Shown here: one piece after another, positions 39,741 to 49,379 of the stretch
How positions within the stretch are numbered: position 1 is the stretch's first letter
How the letters are laid out: every line of letters starts with the position of its first letter
DNA from: an uncultured Eubacteriales bacterium
GTDB taxonomy: Bacteria; Bacillota; Clostridia; Oscillospirales; CAG-272
NCBI GenBank assembly: GCA_900545935.1
Contig: URAP01000002.1
Location: forward strand, 50,206-114,205
Direction of reading: 5' to 3'
DNA: 64,000 nt
Made by a program: the position numbers and the translations under genes
Notes under the pieces: generated by a model
Told to the model about the DNA's origin: nothing
Database searches by the model: none
The model's input: only the letters and a program-made list of their open reading frames with translations

Positions 39741-42290
39741 ATGATCATCAGAGAACTGCACATAGATTCCTTTGAGGGGCTGAGCAGCCGCACCTTTCCG
39801 CTCGCGGACGGTATAAACGTAATCTGCGGTCCGAACGAATCCGGAAAATCGTCGCTTGCCGACTTTATATTTTTTATGTTCTACGGCGTTGTCTCCCGCA
39901 CGGATGCACAGCATTTTCCGTCGCTCGAGACAGGAAGAGCCGCAGGCTCGCTGCTTGCGGAGCTGAGCGACGACGAGAGAGCAAGAATCGCCACTCCGCT
40001 GCCGCATCTGATACGCATCGAACGCGAATACATCCATCGCCGCCGCGACAGCGTACGAGTTTTCGACGGCGAGACCTATGCCGAGCTGAGTCTGCCGCGC
40101 AGCCCGGGAGAGACTGTATTCGGTATCAGCGCTACCGTCATGCGCTCCACCTCGTATGTCAGTCAGATAGGCGGACACTGCGTAGACGGCAAGGATCTCG
40201 GCAGCGCGGTTGAGAATATAATGTTCTCTGCCGACGAGAGCATTGACATATCCAAGGCGCTTTCGCGCCTCGATGCCGCACGAGCGGTACTGCGCCACAA
40301 GAACGGCGGAGGCGGTCTTATCCCGACGCTGCAGAGCGAGCACGACAAGCTGATGCTTGAGCGAAGCCGCGCCGAGGAAAGCGCGGATCAGATAGCAAAG
40401 CTCGAGAACGAGCTCGGCGTATGTGAAGAAAAATGCCATGCCTCGGACGAGCGCGTAGAGCGCGCTCGGGGACGCGTCGAATACTGCGAGCTTCAGGCTT
40501 CTCTGCTCGGCGCCTCGAGCGCCGACAGTCTGCGCGAGCGCATCGCTGCTCTTGAGGAGGAGGCAGAACACACAAGGGACGATGCAACCGTCAACGGTTT
40601 CTACCCCGATGAGGAATATATCCGCGGTCTGCGCGGCCTCGACGACAGAGTAAGCGAGCTTCGCCGCAGCATGAGCGCATCGGCACTTCAACATGACGGC
40701 ACCGAAACACGCACCGATATTCCGCGCGCCCACGCGGGTTCCTCGGCTATTCCGCGCGCCCGCGCAGGTGCGTCGGCGGGCGGCAGGCGCTCAAGCACCG
40801 AGACTCCGGAGCTGAGACAGCTGCGTGAAGCCGTACGCAATGCCGGAGGCGCCGAGCAGCTCGAGCACCGCATTGAGAGCAGCTTTACAAGAAAAAGAAT
40901 ATATTTCATCACCTCGCTGATACTGCTTGCCGTATTTGCTTTCGGTGTTTTCTGCACGGCATATCTTGCCTCGCAGTCCGGGCTCTCAAAGCTGACGCTC
41001 GCCGCAGCCGGAGTATCGCTGTGCGCGATGATAGTCGCGGCGATCACGATTGGCGCGCGCAGAAGGGCAATATCCGAATATTATTCCCTGCTTATGTCTA
41101 CCGGTGCGGTCGATATGCTCGACCTGTACCGTATGCTCGATGAGCTTGACCGCAGCAACGGATATGCGGATGACGACGGTATAGAGGACGACGAGGATAA
41201 TGCAGACGACGCATACGGCGGCTATGATTCGGAGGACGGATACGTGCCAGGCGGAGACTATGACGCGAATGACGGTACGGATGCGGACAGCGGGTACGGC
41301 TCCGGCAGCTTTGACAGTCGTGGACAATTTATCGCCTCCAACACCGATACCGAGAACGAGCTGTATAAACTTGAGGAGCAGCTGAACGCACGGCTTGCCG
41401 AATGGGGCAAGAGCAGCCTCTCCGATGCCATGAGCGCATATTCAAAGCTGAATATCCGCCTGGGTGAGATTGAATCCGAGCACAGGCATTGCGCAGAGCT
41501 GCTTGATGCAAGCGGAGACGACGGAGACGGAGAGCTTCGCGCGCGGCAGCTGCAGCGTATAGATCAGCTCGCGCCGTTTATCCGTCCGGATATCGCGGCG
41601 GGTATCTGTGACAGCGAGCTTCCTCCTTCAGAGCGCAGACGCGCAGCGGAACGCTACGGCAGAGATGCAAAGAAGGAGCTTGAATTCGAGCTGTCCGCAC
41701 GCGCATCACTCGACGAGCGCCGCCATATGCTGCGCCTCAGCCTTGCTGAGCTTCGCGCCGCCTCGCTTCCGCTCGCGGAGATAGCGGAGCGGCTGTGCGA
41801 GAACGATGCGCGGCTTGCCGAGGCCGAGCGCCGCTATAACGGTATCATGCTTGCACTTGAACGTCTCGGAGGTGCCGGAAACGCTATTCACGGCATGCTC
41901 GCGCCCGAGCTTACCGAACGTGTCAGCTCGATAACACATGCACTGACCGACGGCAGATATGACCGTGTAGGCATCGACAGCGACTTTACAATGCATTTTT
42001 CACTCGCCTCCGGCTCAAGGACGGTTGACGACGGCTATCTCAGCGGCGGAACAAAGGACGCGGCATACATTGCACTGCGCCTGGCGCTAACGGAGCAGCT
42101 CTGCCGCTGTGCAAGCCCTGTTATGATATTCGACGAGAGCTTCTGCCGCATAGACGACGATCGTCTCGTTTCGCTGCTCGGGGAGCTTGAGCGCTCCTGC
42201 GGAGATCAGACACTGATACTCTCGAGCAACGACCGAGAGACCAAGGCGCTCGGAAAGCTCGGTTGCGGTTACAGTGCGGCAATGCTTTAA
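39741..42290 (+). CDS. SbcC/Rad50-like AAA ATPase with a central TM hairpin (YhaN type)
   Basis: Has the N-terminal Walker A ICGPNESGKSS, long coiled-coil-like E/R/L/A-rich arms, the C-terminal signature LSGGTKDAAYIALRLAL and Walker B VMIFDES. Two hydrophobic segments lie at about nt 40898-41058. Confidence 0.8.
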   Translation: MIIRELHIDSFEGLSSRTFPLADGINVICGPNESGKSSLADFIFFMFYGVVSRTDAQHFPSLETGRAAGSLLAELSDDERARIATPLPHLIRIEREYIHRRRDSVRVFDGETYAELSLPRSPGETVFGISATVMRSTSYVSQIGGHCVDGKDLGSAVENIMFSADESIDISKALSRLDAARAVLRHKNGGGGLIPTLQSEHDKLMLERSRAEESADQIAKLENELGVCEEKCHASDERVERARGRVEYCELQASLLGASSADSLRERIAALEEEAEHTRDDATVNGFYPDEEYIRGLRGLDDRVSELRRSMSASALQHDGTETRTDIPRAHAGSSAIPRARAGASAGGRRSSTETPELRQLREAVRNAGGAEQLEHRIESSFTRKRIYFITSLILLAVFAFGVFCTAYLASQSGLSKLTLAAAGVSLCAMIVAAITIGARRRAISEYYSLLMSTGAVDMLDLYRMLDELDRSNGYADDDGIEDDEDNADDAYGGYDSEDGYVPGGDYDANDGTDADSGYGSGSFDSRGQFIASNTDTENELYKLEEQLNARLAEWGKSSLSDAMSAYSKLNIRLGEIESEHRHCAELLDASGDDGDGELRARQLQRIDQLAPFIRPDIAAGICDSELPPSERRRAAERYGRDAKKELEFELSARASLDERRHMLRLSLAELRAASLPLAEIAERLCENDARLAEAERRYNGIMLALERLGGAGNAIHGMLAPELTERVSSITHALTDGRYDRVGIDSDFTMHFSLASGSRTVDDGYLSGGTKDAAYIALRLALTEQLCRCASPVMIFDESFCRIDDDRLVSLLGELERSCGDQTLILSSNDRETKALGKLGCGYSAAML

Positions 42291-42480
42291 TGCATCGGGT
42301 ATTACTATTGTTTATGCCGAGCGTCCGATATATCATCCGCTTATATTTAAAGCACACACATGAAGCATACGGAGCAATGTATATATTACGTCCCAAGTAA
42401 ATGTCAGCCACGTATATATGTATAGTATCCGCACCGAAAACAAGAATACTAAAGGAGAAGCAGCCGAGCGCTGATAACCG

Positions 42481-44907
42481 ATGAAGCCATTTAAAAAGAA
42501 AGCAAAAGAGACCGCACCGACTCAGCGCCCCTTTGTCCCTACCGATATCGCACTCGGTCTCGGAGAGGATGAAGCGGCGCAGAGAGCTGCTGCAGGAGAT
42601 ATTAATACGCCGGTAAAATCTCCGGTAAAGTCGGTAAAGCAGATAATTCTGTCGAATATCTTTACCTACTTTAATATGATATTTATCATCATCGGCATAG
42701 CGCTGATAGCCTGCCGATCCTTTAACCATCTTATGTTTCTTTGCGTTATAGCCAGCAATACCGCCATCGGTATAATTCAGGAAATACGCAGCAAAAAGAC
42801 ACTCGAAAAGCTGACGCTTCTGACCTCGCCGACCGCGACCGTTCGCCGCTCCGGCAGGGATATGAAGATAGATACGGTCGAGCTCGTCCGCGACGATCTG
42901 ATAACCCTCGGAGCGGGAGATCAGATACCCGCAGATGCGGTAGTGCGCGACGGCGGTATATCGGTAAACGAATCGCTCGTTACCGGAGAATCGGACGAGA
43001 TACTGAAAAAGCCGGGCGATGAGCTGCTCTCAGGCAGCTTTGTCGTCAGCGGCAGCTGTCTATGTCAGCTGACACGTGTAGGGCGTGAATCGTTTGCCTC
43101 CGGCATCACACTTGCCGCAAAAAAATCAAAGCGCAGCGGAAGATCAAGCGGCATGATGCGCTCACTCACATTGCTGCTCTATGTCATAGGAGCGGCTATA
43201 ATCCCGATGGCTGCACTGCTCATTGCGCGGCAGCACAATGCCCTCGGAATGAGCTGGACAGACTCCATCGTCAGCACTGCGGCAGCTATACTCGGAATGA
43301 TACCCGACGGGTTGTATCTGCTCGTTTCGATAGCACTCGCCGTCAGCGTTGTTCGTCTGTCGAAGAAGAGAACGCTCGTGCATGAGCTGAAGTCGATAGA
43401 GACACTCGCGCGCACCGACGTTATCTGCGTCGACAAGACCGGAACGATAACCGACGACGCAATGACCGTTACGGGAATGAAGCCCGTACCCGGCGCACCG
43501 CAGATGAGCGAGGAATTCGCCTGCTCTCTGCTCTCCGATTACGCTGCCGCTCTCGGCGGTGAAAACGCGACAATGCGCGCGATAGCCGAATGCTTTAAGA
43601 CCCCGACAAATCGTACCGCCGTGGCGACACTCCCCTTTTCATCCAAGAATAAATACGGCGGCGCAGCATTCGACGACGGACAGACCTATCTGCTCGGCGC
43701 GCCCGAATTCATCCTCGGCGAGCGCATGGCGCAGTACGAAACATTTTTCCGCTCGCTCGCAGAGACCGGCAGCCGTGTGCTTCTGCTTGCCCGCGCTGCA
43801 GGAAACGGATTTGATACATCAGGCGCAGAGCCGCTGCTCGCACTAATGCTGCTCAATCGCATACGTGAGAATGCTCCCGCGACCTTCCGCTACTTTGCCG
43901 AGCAGGGAGTCGCGATAAAGGTTATATCCGGCGACAGCCCGGTGACAGCCTCGGCTGCCGCAAGAGAGGCAGGCATTGATGGCAGCGAGAAATATCTCGA
44001 TGTCAGCTCGATCGCAACGGATGAGCAGCTCGCCGGCATGTGTGAGGATTACACCGTTTTCGGCAGAGTTACGCCGGAGCGCAAGCGCGTAATAATCAAG
44101 GCACTTAAAAAGGCGGGGCATACCGTAGCTATGACCGGGGACGGCGTAAACGACGTTCTCGCGCTCAAGGAAGCCAATTGCAGCATTGCAATGGCTTCAG
44201 GCAGCGAGGTCACTCGTCAGGTCTCCGAGCTTGTGCTGCTCGACTCCGATTTTGCCGCTATGCCTGCGGTCGTGGCTGAAGGCAGACGCGTTATCAATAA
44301 CATTGAGCGCAGCGCCTCGCTCTTCCTCGTCAAGAACATATTCTCTTTCTTTATCGCATGGATAACCATAATCTTTTCTCTGCGTTACCCGGTCACGCCG
44401 GCACAGCTGACGCTCGTAAATATGTTGACCATCGGAATACCGTCATTTGTGCTCGCGCTCGAGCCGAACACAAGCCTTGTCAAGGGCAAATTCCTGCGTA
44501 ATGTTCTCTTAAGCGCTGCGCCGGCAGCCATTACAGATATAGTGGTACTGTTCCTTACCATGCTGTTTACGCACATATTCAAGATACCCGCAGCCGAAAC
44601 CTCGACCGTCGCCGCGACACTCGTAGCGCTCGTCGGCTTTATGATGCTGTTCCGCGTCTGCCGCCCGTTCGACGCGATAAGGCGGGTGTTATTTATCGGA
44701 ATGCTGCTGCTCTTTGCGGTAGGTATTTTCTTCTTCTCTGCTCTGTTCTCAATGTCGCCGCTCAGCAGCGAAAGCCTGCTCGTACTCGTCGTTCTTACGC
44801 TCATAGCGTTCCCCGTTTTCTACTTTATTTCGCTCGCTTTTGACCGCCTCCCCGATGCGATACGCGCAAAGCTGAAAAAAGCGGAGAAAAGCGAATATTT
44901 CAACTGA
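42481..44907 (+). CDS. Cation-transporting P-type ATPase
   Basis: 808 aa with the phosphorylation site ICVDKTGTITD, the hinge MTGDGVNDVLALKEAN and TGES. It has multiple TM segments. Confidence 0.9.
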   Translation: MKPFKKKAKETAPTQRPFVPTDIALGLGEDEAAQRAAAGDINTPVKSPVKSVKQIILSNIFTYFNMIFIIIGIALIACRSFNHLMFLCVIASNTAIGIIQEIRSKKTLEKLTLLTSPTATVRRSGRDMKIDTVELVRDDLITLGAGDQIPADAVVRDGGISVNESLVTGESDEILKKPGDELLSGSFVVSGSCLCQLTRVGRESFASGITLAAKKSKRSGRSSGMMRSLTLLLYVIGAAIIPMAALLIARQHNALGMSWTDSIVSTAAAILGMIPDGLYLLVSIALAVSVVRLSKKRTLVHELKSIETLARTDVICVDKTGTITDDAMTVTGMKPVPGAPQMSEEFACSLLSDYAAALGGENATMRAIAECFKTPTNRTAVATLPFSSKNKYGGAAFDDGQTYLLGAPEFILGERMAQYETFFRSLAETGSRVLLLARAAGNGFDTSGAEPLLALMLLNRIRENAPATFRYFAEQGVAIKVISGDSPVTASAAAREAGIDGSEKYLDVSSIATDEQLAGMCEDYTVFGRVTPERKRVIIKALKKAGHTVAMTGDGVNDVLALKEANCSIAMASGSEVTRQVSELVLLDSDFAAMPAVVAEGRRVINNIERSASLFLVKNIFSFFIAWITIIFSLRYPVTPAQLTLVNMLTIGIPSFVLALEPNTSLVKGKFLRNVLLSAAPAAITDIVVLFLTMLFTHIFKIPAAETSTVAATLVALVGFMMLFRVCRPFDAIRRVLFIGMLLLFAVGIFFFSALFSMSPLSSESLLVLVVLTLIAFPVFYFISLAFDRLPDAIRAKLKKAEKSEYFN

Positions 44908-44994
44908 TACGGAAATGATGCGTTAATTCAAAGCCGTTCTCGCCGATATCTCATCGCACAAAAGTACAAGTCATCCAAGTATAGGAATACCGTT

Positions 44995-46509
44995 ATGCAC
45001 AGAAAGCTAATATATCAAAGCATTCTCAATACGACCGAGCCTCGCCGTCTCCTTCCGACGGAAGTAACGCTTGATCTACGCCTCGATACAATGCTGTCCG
45101 GCAGAGCATCCGAGGTGGTTCGCCGCCCCGCATCGCCGCAGGATCTGCCGCTTAGGCAGGAGCTTATCGGACACTGCTCGGATGGCTATCTGTCCGAGCT
45201 GCTCGTTGCGCAAGCGCTGCTCGGTCGAATAGAACGACTGTATCAGCGCCTCGACACGACAGAGTGCGAGGATGAGCTGAATGCTCTCAGCGTCTGCATA
45301 TTCAAGGCGGAGCTTGAGTTTCTCCGACTCGGAGCCGAGCTGAATAGAGCGAGCGCGGCAAACAACGCTGCGGATGAGGCATATAACGGTACAGTCGGTC
45401 AAACCGGGCACATCGGTTCGGTTCTGCTCGACCGCTTTTCCGCGCACTGCGCAGAGCTGCTCGGCTTTTCGGAATATACCGACATTGCAAACGAGCTTAA
45501 GAAGCTCGATCATGGTGCGGACGCGGTTTACCGCTGCGACGTGACCGCGAACACTGCATACATCTCCCACTCGAGCGGAGAGCAGACGGATATATTCTCG
45601 AGACTTCGCACTCTTGCGTCGGGGCTCGGCATTGAGGTCGACTCTGTGGGCGAGAGGAGCTATCCGCCGCTCGGCGAGGGCTTCATCTCGACCTTTGCCC
45701 TGCTCGACCGCGAGCGCTACGCGGGATTTAAGCGCTTTGCGGAACGGCACGGGGCGGAGCTTGACCGCAGTATACTCGAATACATTCCCGAGCTTGATTT
45801 TCTCATCTCGATAAGCTCGCTGATGTCTCGCGTCCGCAGTGCCGGAATACCGCTCTGCATGCCGAGCTTTTCAGAGAGCGGCGGTATCTCCGCCGACTCC
45901 GCATATGACATTACCCTGCTTGAAAAGCAGGATGGGGGTATCATTCCGAACGATATAGAATTTACCGAGCGCGAGCGCATCTTCTACCTTACCGGCGCAA
46001 ACGGCGGAGGCAAAACAACATATCTGCGCACCGTCGGAAATCTCGTACTGCTCGCGCTCTCGGGTGCGCCTGTCCCCTCACGCAGTGCGACCGTTCCGAT
46101 GCTCGGCGCGGTATACACACATTTTCCGCGAGATGAGCGCTTCGGGGGCGGCGGACGCTTTTCCGACGAAGAGGCGCGCGCCGACGAGATAGCGAAAAAT
46201 GCGAATGCGGAATCGCTCGTTCTTCTCAATGAGACCTATTCAACCACCGGTGAGGAAAAGGCAAAGCACTGCACCGCCTCCCTTGCGCACACGTTGCTCG
46301 AGCGCGGCTGCTACTGTATATATGTAACGCACCAGAAGCCCGAAGACACTGAAATCCCGGTGCTCGGAGTCGTACTTGCGGAGGACGGCGAAAGCCGCAC
46401 CTACAAGATACGTCGCACGGACGGCGGCGGAAGCTCACACGCCCTCGATATACTGAAAAAATACCGTCTCGACCGTAATTCTCTTGCTGAAAGGTTCGTA
46501 AAAAAGTGA
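44995..46509 (+). CDS. MutS-related ATPase (domain V only), paralogue A
   Basis: 504 aa with Walker A LTGANGGGKTTYLRTVG and a Walker-B-like LVLLNETYSTTG. I recognised no mismatch-binding (GxFYE) motif and no Smr/nuclease module. Confidence 0.75.
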   Translation: MHRKLIYQSILNTTEPRRLLPTEVTLDLRLDTMLSGRASEVVRRPASPQDLPLRQELIGHCSDGYLSELLVAQALLGRIERLYQRLDTTECEDELNALSVCIFKAELEFLRLGAELNRASAANNAADEAYNGTVGQTGHIGSVLLDRFSAHCAELLGFSEYTDIANELKKLDHGADAVYRCDVTANTAYISHSSGEQTDIFSRLRTLASGLGIEVDSVGERSYPPLGEGFISTFALLDRERYAGFKRFAERHGAELDRSILEYIPELDFLISISSLMSRVRSAGIPLCMPSFSESGGISADSAYDITLLEKQDGGIIPNDIEFTERERIFYLTGANGGGKTTYLRTVGNLVLLALSGAPVPSRSATVPMLGAVYTHFPRDERFGGGGRFSDEEARADEIAKNANAESLVLLNETYSTTGEEKAKHCTASLAHTLLERGCYCIYVTHQKPEDTEIPVLGVVLAEDGESRTYKIRRTDGGGSSHALDILKKYRLDRNSLAERFVKK

Positions 46510-48179
46510 AGATCAGCCTTTTATATAAGGATGTAAATATAAAGCCGCAGCCGATGGCAGGCGCGGAGCAGACAATTTACGATCTGTCTCTCGACCGTCT
46601 CATAGCCCGACTGTGCACCGGTGAGGGACGCGCGGACGCACTGCTCAGAGCGCTGAAAATGCCGCTTGCCTCCTCCGAGGATATAATATATCGGCAGCAG
46701 ATATTGCAGGATCTCGATGCCGACCGCGAGCTGCTGCACTCGCTGTCAACGCTGCTGACCCGCTATGATAAGATAAAGAGCGACTGGGTCGAGCTTCGCT
46801 CGGGTGTCGCGCACATCGCCTCCGCAGGAGCTGATGCAAGACTCGAGTGTGCATGTGCCTCGCTTAAAATAACCGCAGTGTTTCCCCGTTCGCTCGCATC
46901 GTTTTTCAGCGGCACAGCCGAGCTGCTCGACCGCGCAGGCGTACACAGCGAGGGTCTGATCGCACTGCGAGAGCTGTGCGAATCGCTTGTCGAAGACAGC
47001 TCCCTCGGCGAGATAGTGGAGATCTCTGACTCATTCCGCTACGGTGAACCGTCGGAGCGCAGCTATTGCGCCGATATTACGGTAACACCGGAGCTTGAGG
47101 TCGGACTGTGCGGCATCATATCAAGCGAAGTAAGCGACAATGAGCGAGAGCGCGAGGCGGAGCGTAAAAAGTACCAAAAGCGCCTGCGCGAGCTTGATGC
47201 TCTGCGGGCGCAAAAGCTGAATATAGACGAGAAGAGCGGTACACTGAAAAAGCTGCTCGGTTCGCTGTTTCCGATGCGTGCGGAAAACGGCACGACTGAC
47301 GGTAACTGTGCTTCCGCCAAGCCGACAGATACAGATTTAAAAGGACACACTGGCACAAAAGCGCACACCGACACAAAGGAACGCACTCTACCCCTCCCCG
47401 GCAGCGCAAGAGAGGACATTTCGGCACTGCTCGCCGCGGCGACCGAGGACATTGACCGTGCGCTGACCGCAGTTACCGACAGCATCTATTCGATGCTGCA
47501 CGGACTCGGTACAGAGCTTCGATTTTATGAGGGTGCGCTTGCGCTGATGGATTCGGTGCGGGCAGGCTCTCTTCCGCTCGTCTATCCGGATATCACAGAA
47601 AGCGACTGCCGGTACTCGGCACTGAGAGACATATATCTGCTCTGCGAGGGCAAGATCGGCGACGAAATAATCCCGAACGATCTCGACCTCTCCGCAGATA
47701 CGGACGGTATGATAGTTCGCGGCGGAAACGGAACGGGAAAGACCGTCTTTCTCCGATCGGTCGGTACCGCTCAGCTGCTCGCTCAGGCAGGACTTCCGGT
47801 CTGCGCGGACAGCGCACGCGTGGCAATCCGCAGCGGTGTATATACGCATTTTTCCTCGGCAGAGGAGGACTTTATCGCCGGAGACACGGCAGGTCGCTTT
47901 GAAGGCGAGGTACGAGCCGTTTCGGCTATAATAGATGTGCTTACCCCCGGCTCGCTTCTGCTGCTCAACGAGACCTTTCAGACAACATCATATGCAGAGG
48001 GTGCTGAGGCAATGGCGGGCATACTCTCGATCCTGCCCGCACTCGGGACAAAGTATATATTCGTTACCCATCTCGGGGCTATCGGAGATATCGGCGGCAG
48101 CGGACGCGTAAAGCTGATGAAAACGCTGATAACCGCTCCCGACGGCAGCACCGAGGGAGAAAAGTACGTGCTGTCATGA
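46506..48179 (+). CDS. MutS-related ATPase (domain V only), paralogue B
   Basis: 557 aa with Walker A VRGGNGTGKTVFLRSVG and Walker-B-like LLLLNETFQTTS. Its GTG start overlaps the upstream TGA (GTGA at 46506-46509). Confidence 0.75.
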   Translation: MKISLLYKDVNIKPQPMAGAEQTIYDLSLDRLIARLCTGEGRADALLRALKMPLASSEDIIYRQQILQDLDADRELLHSLSTLLTRYDKIKSDWVELRSGVAHIASAGADARLECACASLKITAVFPRSLASFFSGTAELLDRAGVHSEGLIALRELCESLVEDSSLGEIVEISDSFRYGEPSERSYCADITVTPELEVGLCGIISSEVSDNEREREAERKKYQKRLRELDALRAQKLNIDEKSGTLKKLLGSLFPMRAENGTTDGNCASAKPTDTDLKGHTGTKAHTDTKERTLPLPGSAREDISALLAAATEDIDRALTAVTDSIYSMLHGLGTELRFYEGALALMDSVRAGSLPLVYPDITESDCRYSALRDIYLLCEGKIGDEIIPNDLDLSADTDGMIVRGGNGTGKTVFLRSVGTAQLLAQAGLPVCADSARVAIRSGVYTHFSSAEEDFIAGDTAGRFEGEVRAVSAIIDVLTPGSLLLLNETFQTTSYAEGAEAMAGILSILPALGTKYIFVTHLGAIGDIGGSGRVKLMKTLITAPDGSTEGEKYVLS

Positions 48180-48340
48180 CCATCTGACTGTGGCTTTAAT
48201 ATGTTTACCTATTCTATCAGACTTCCTATTTATTGCAGTCTAATCTTTACTATTCGACGCAGTGTAAAATATACCGCACAGCGCCGTTCACAGCACGTCA
48301 GTGCAGTTTAGGAGAAGCAGCATCGCAGCAGATTATAAAA

Positions 48341-48390
48341 GGCACTGCAGCCGACGGAGATACCCCCGCGCCGCAGTGCCCGTCTTTTTT
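48341..48390. terminator. Probable bidirectional terminator between convergent genes
   Basis: ggcactgc...gcagtgcc forms an 8-bp core stem with a long loop. It is flanked by ataaaa upstream and cgtctttttt downstream. Confidence 0.5.
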
Positions 48391-48470
48391 ATTAAGGTAT
48401 TATCGTGTGTTTGATGCTTCGGCATTATATAGCCTCGGTACAAGCTCACTACGCTGCGCCATTTGCCGCG

Positions 48471-49166
48471 TCAACTCGCGCCGAGTTCGGGCAAAGCTTT
48501 CGTCAGTACGTGCGCCATCGCTGCATAGCCCTCTCCGCAAGGATGAACACCGTCGTGCGTTATGCCGTCTCGCATCAGCAGCCCGTCATCCGCAGTGAGC
48601 GCCGAATGAAAGTCGATATACTGCGTACCCTTCTGCTCACACAGCTCGCGAATGCCGCGATTTGCACGAAGAACAAGCTCGGCAAAACGATACTTGTCAA
48701 ACGGCGGGCAAAGGTCGGCGGGCAGCACCGAGCAGAGCGACACCGCCGTTTCCGGGTGCTCCGATGCACGCTCGAGCAGCGCCTCGAGATTGCCGAGCAG
48801 CTCTGGTATCACCTTATCCTCATCCGCTCCCGGCTTCCGCCACCATAGATCGGGCGCGGTGGTCAGCAGATCGTTTGTGCCCGCCATCACTATCGCGCGG
48901 TGCGGGTGCAGCTGAAATACATCCGCATCGCTGCGCAGCAGCATATATCGGCTCATATCGCCGCCTATGCCGCGATTCACCTTGTATTTATCGGGAGAAA
49001 ACCACAGATCAAGGTCCCAGTGCTGAAATATCGAATCGCCGAGAAAGACAAAGTCGACCTCGCGTCTGCGGTAAATTATCTGCTCATTCAGTATATCAAA
49101 CAGTGTACGAAAATTGTCGGCGGTCGGCGCACTGCCGAATGTTCCGGGGGTTATATAGCTCTCCAT
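48471..49166 (-). CDS. SGNH/GDSL-family hydrolase
   Basis: Block I is FLGDSIF, block II is GIGGD, block III is AGTNDL, and block V is DGVHP. Confidence 0.85.
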   Translation of the reverse strand: MESYITPGTFGSAPTADNFRTLFDILNEQIIYRRREVDFVFLGDSIFQHWDLDLWFSPDKYKVNRGIGGDMSRYMLLRSDADVFQLHPHRAIVMAGTNDLLTTAPDLWWRKPGADEDKVIPELLGNLEALLERASEHPETAVSLCSVLPADLCPPFDKYRFAELVLRANRGIRELCEQKGTQYIDFHSALTADDGLLMRDGITHDGVHPCGEGYAAMAHVLTKALPELGAS

Positions 49167-49308
49167 GGCAATCCTTTCTAAATGCGCCGCTCACCGAGCC
49201 GATCAACGTCTTCTGTGCGGGTCACATCATGAAAATTTCATTTCGAGATGATTATATAGCGGCAGCGGCGACTTGTCAATATTATTTGAAAATCAATGAA
49301 ATTTTCTA

Positions 49309-49337
49309 TTGAAAACGCCGCTTTCATGTGATATACT
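49309..49337 (+). promoter_or_regulatory. Sigma-A-type promoter of the small-protein/deoC unit
   Basis: TTGAAA-N17-TATACT with a TGn extension (ttgaaaacgccgctttcatgtgatatact). Confidence 0.6.
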
Positions 49338-49379
49338 TAGCGTATCTGTCGTAAAGGAGTGAGACGGCGAGTGGAAAAC

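Noticed and set aside
39720-40733. 337-aa minus-strand ORF
   Set aside because: It is antisense to the SbcC-like ATPase. It is Ala/Arg-rich and mirrors the E/R/L/A-rich coiled-coil codons.
37604-42290. The SbcD-like/SbcC-like pair as a dedicated anti-phage defence island (Lamassu/Wadjet/Gabija-like)
   Set aside because: The motifs and architecture match the housekeeping YhaO/YhaN-type pair. No effector, helicase or kleisin-like partners are present, and no mobile-element context is visible.
42291-42480. A possible metal-sensing riboswitch (for example an M-box) in the 190-nt leader of the P-type ATPase
   Set aside because: I could not recognise any conserved riboswitch core or convincing terminator/antiterminator pair by eye. 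This needs an Rfam scan before any claim.
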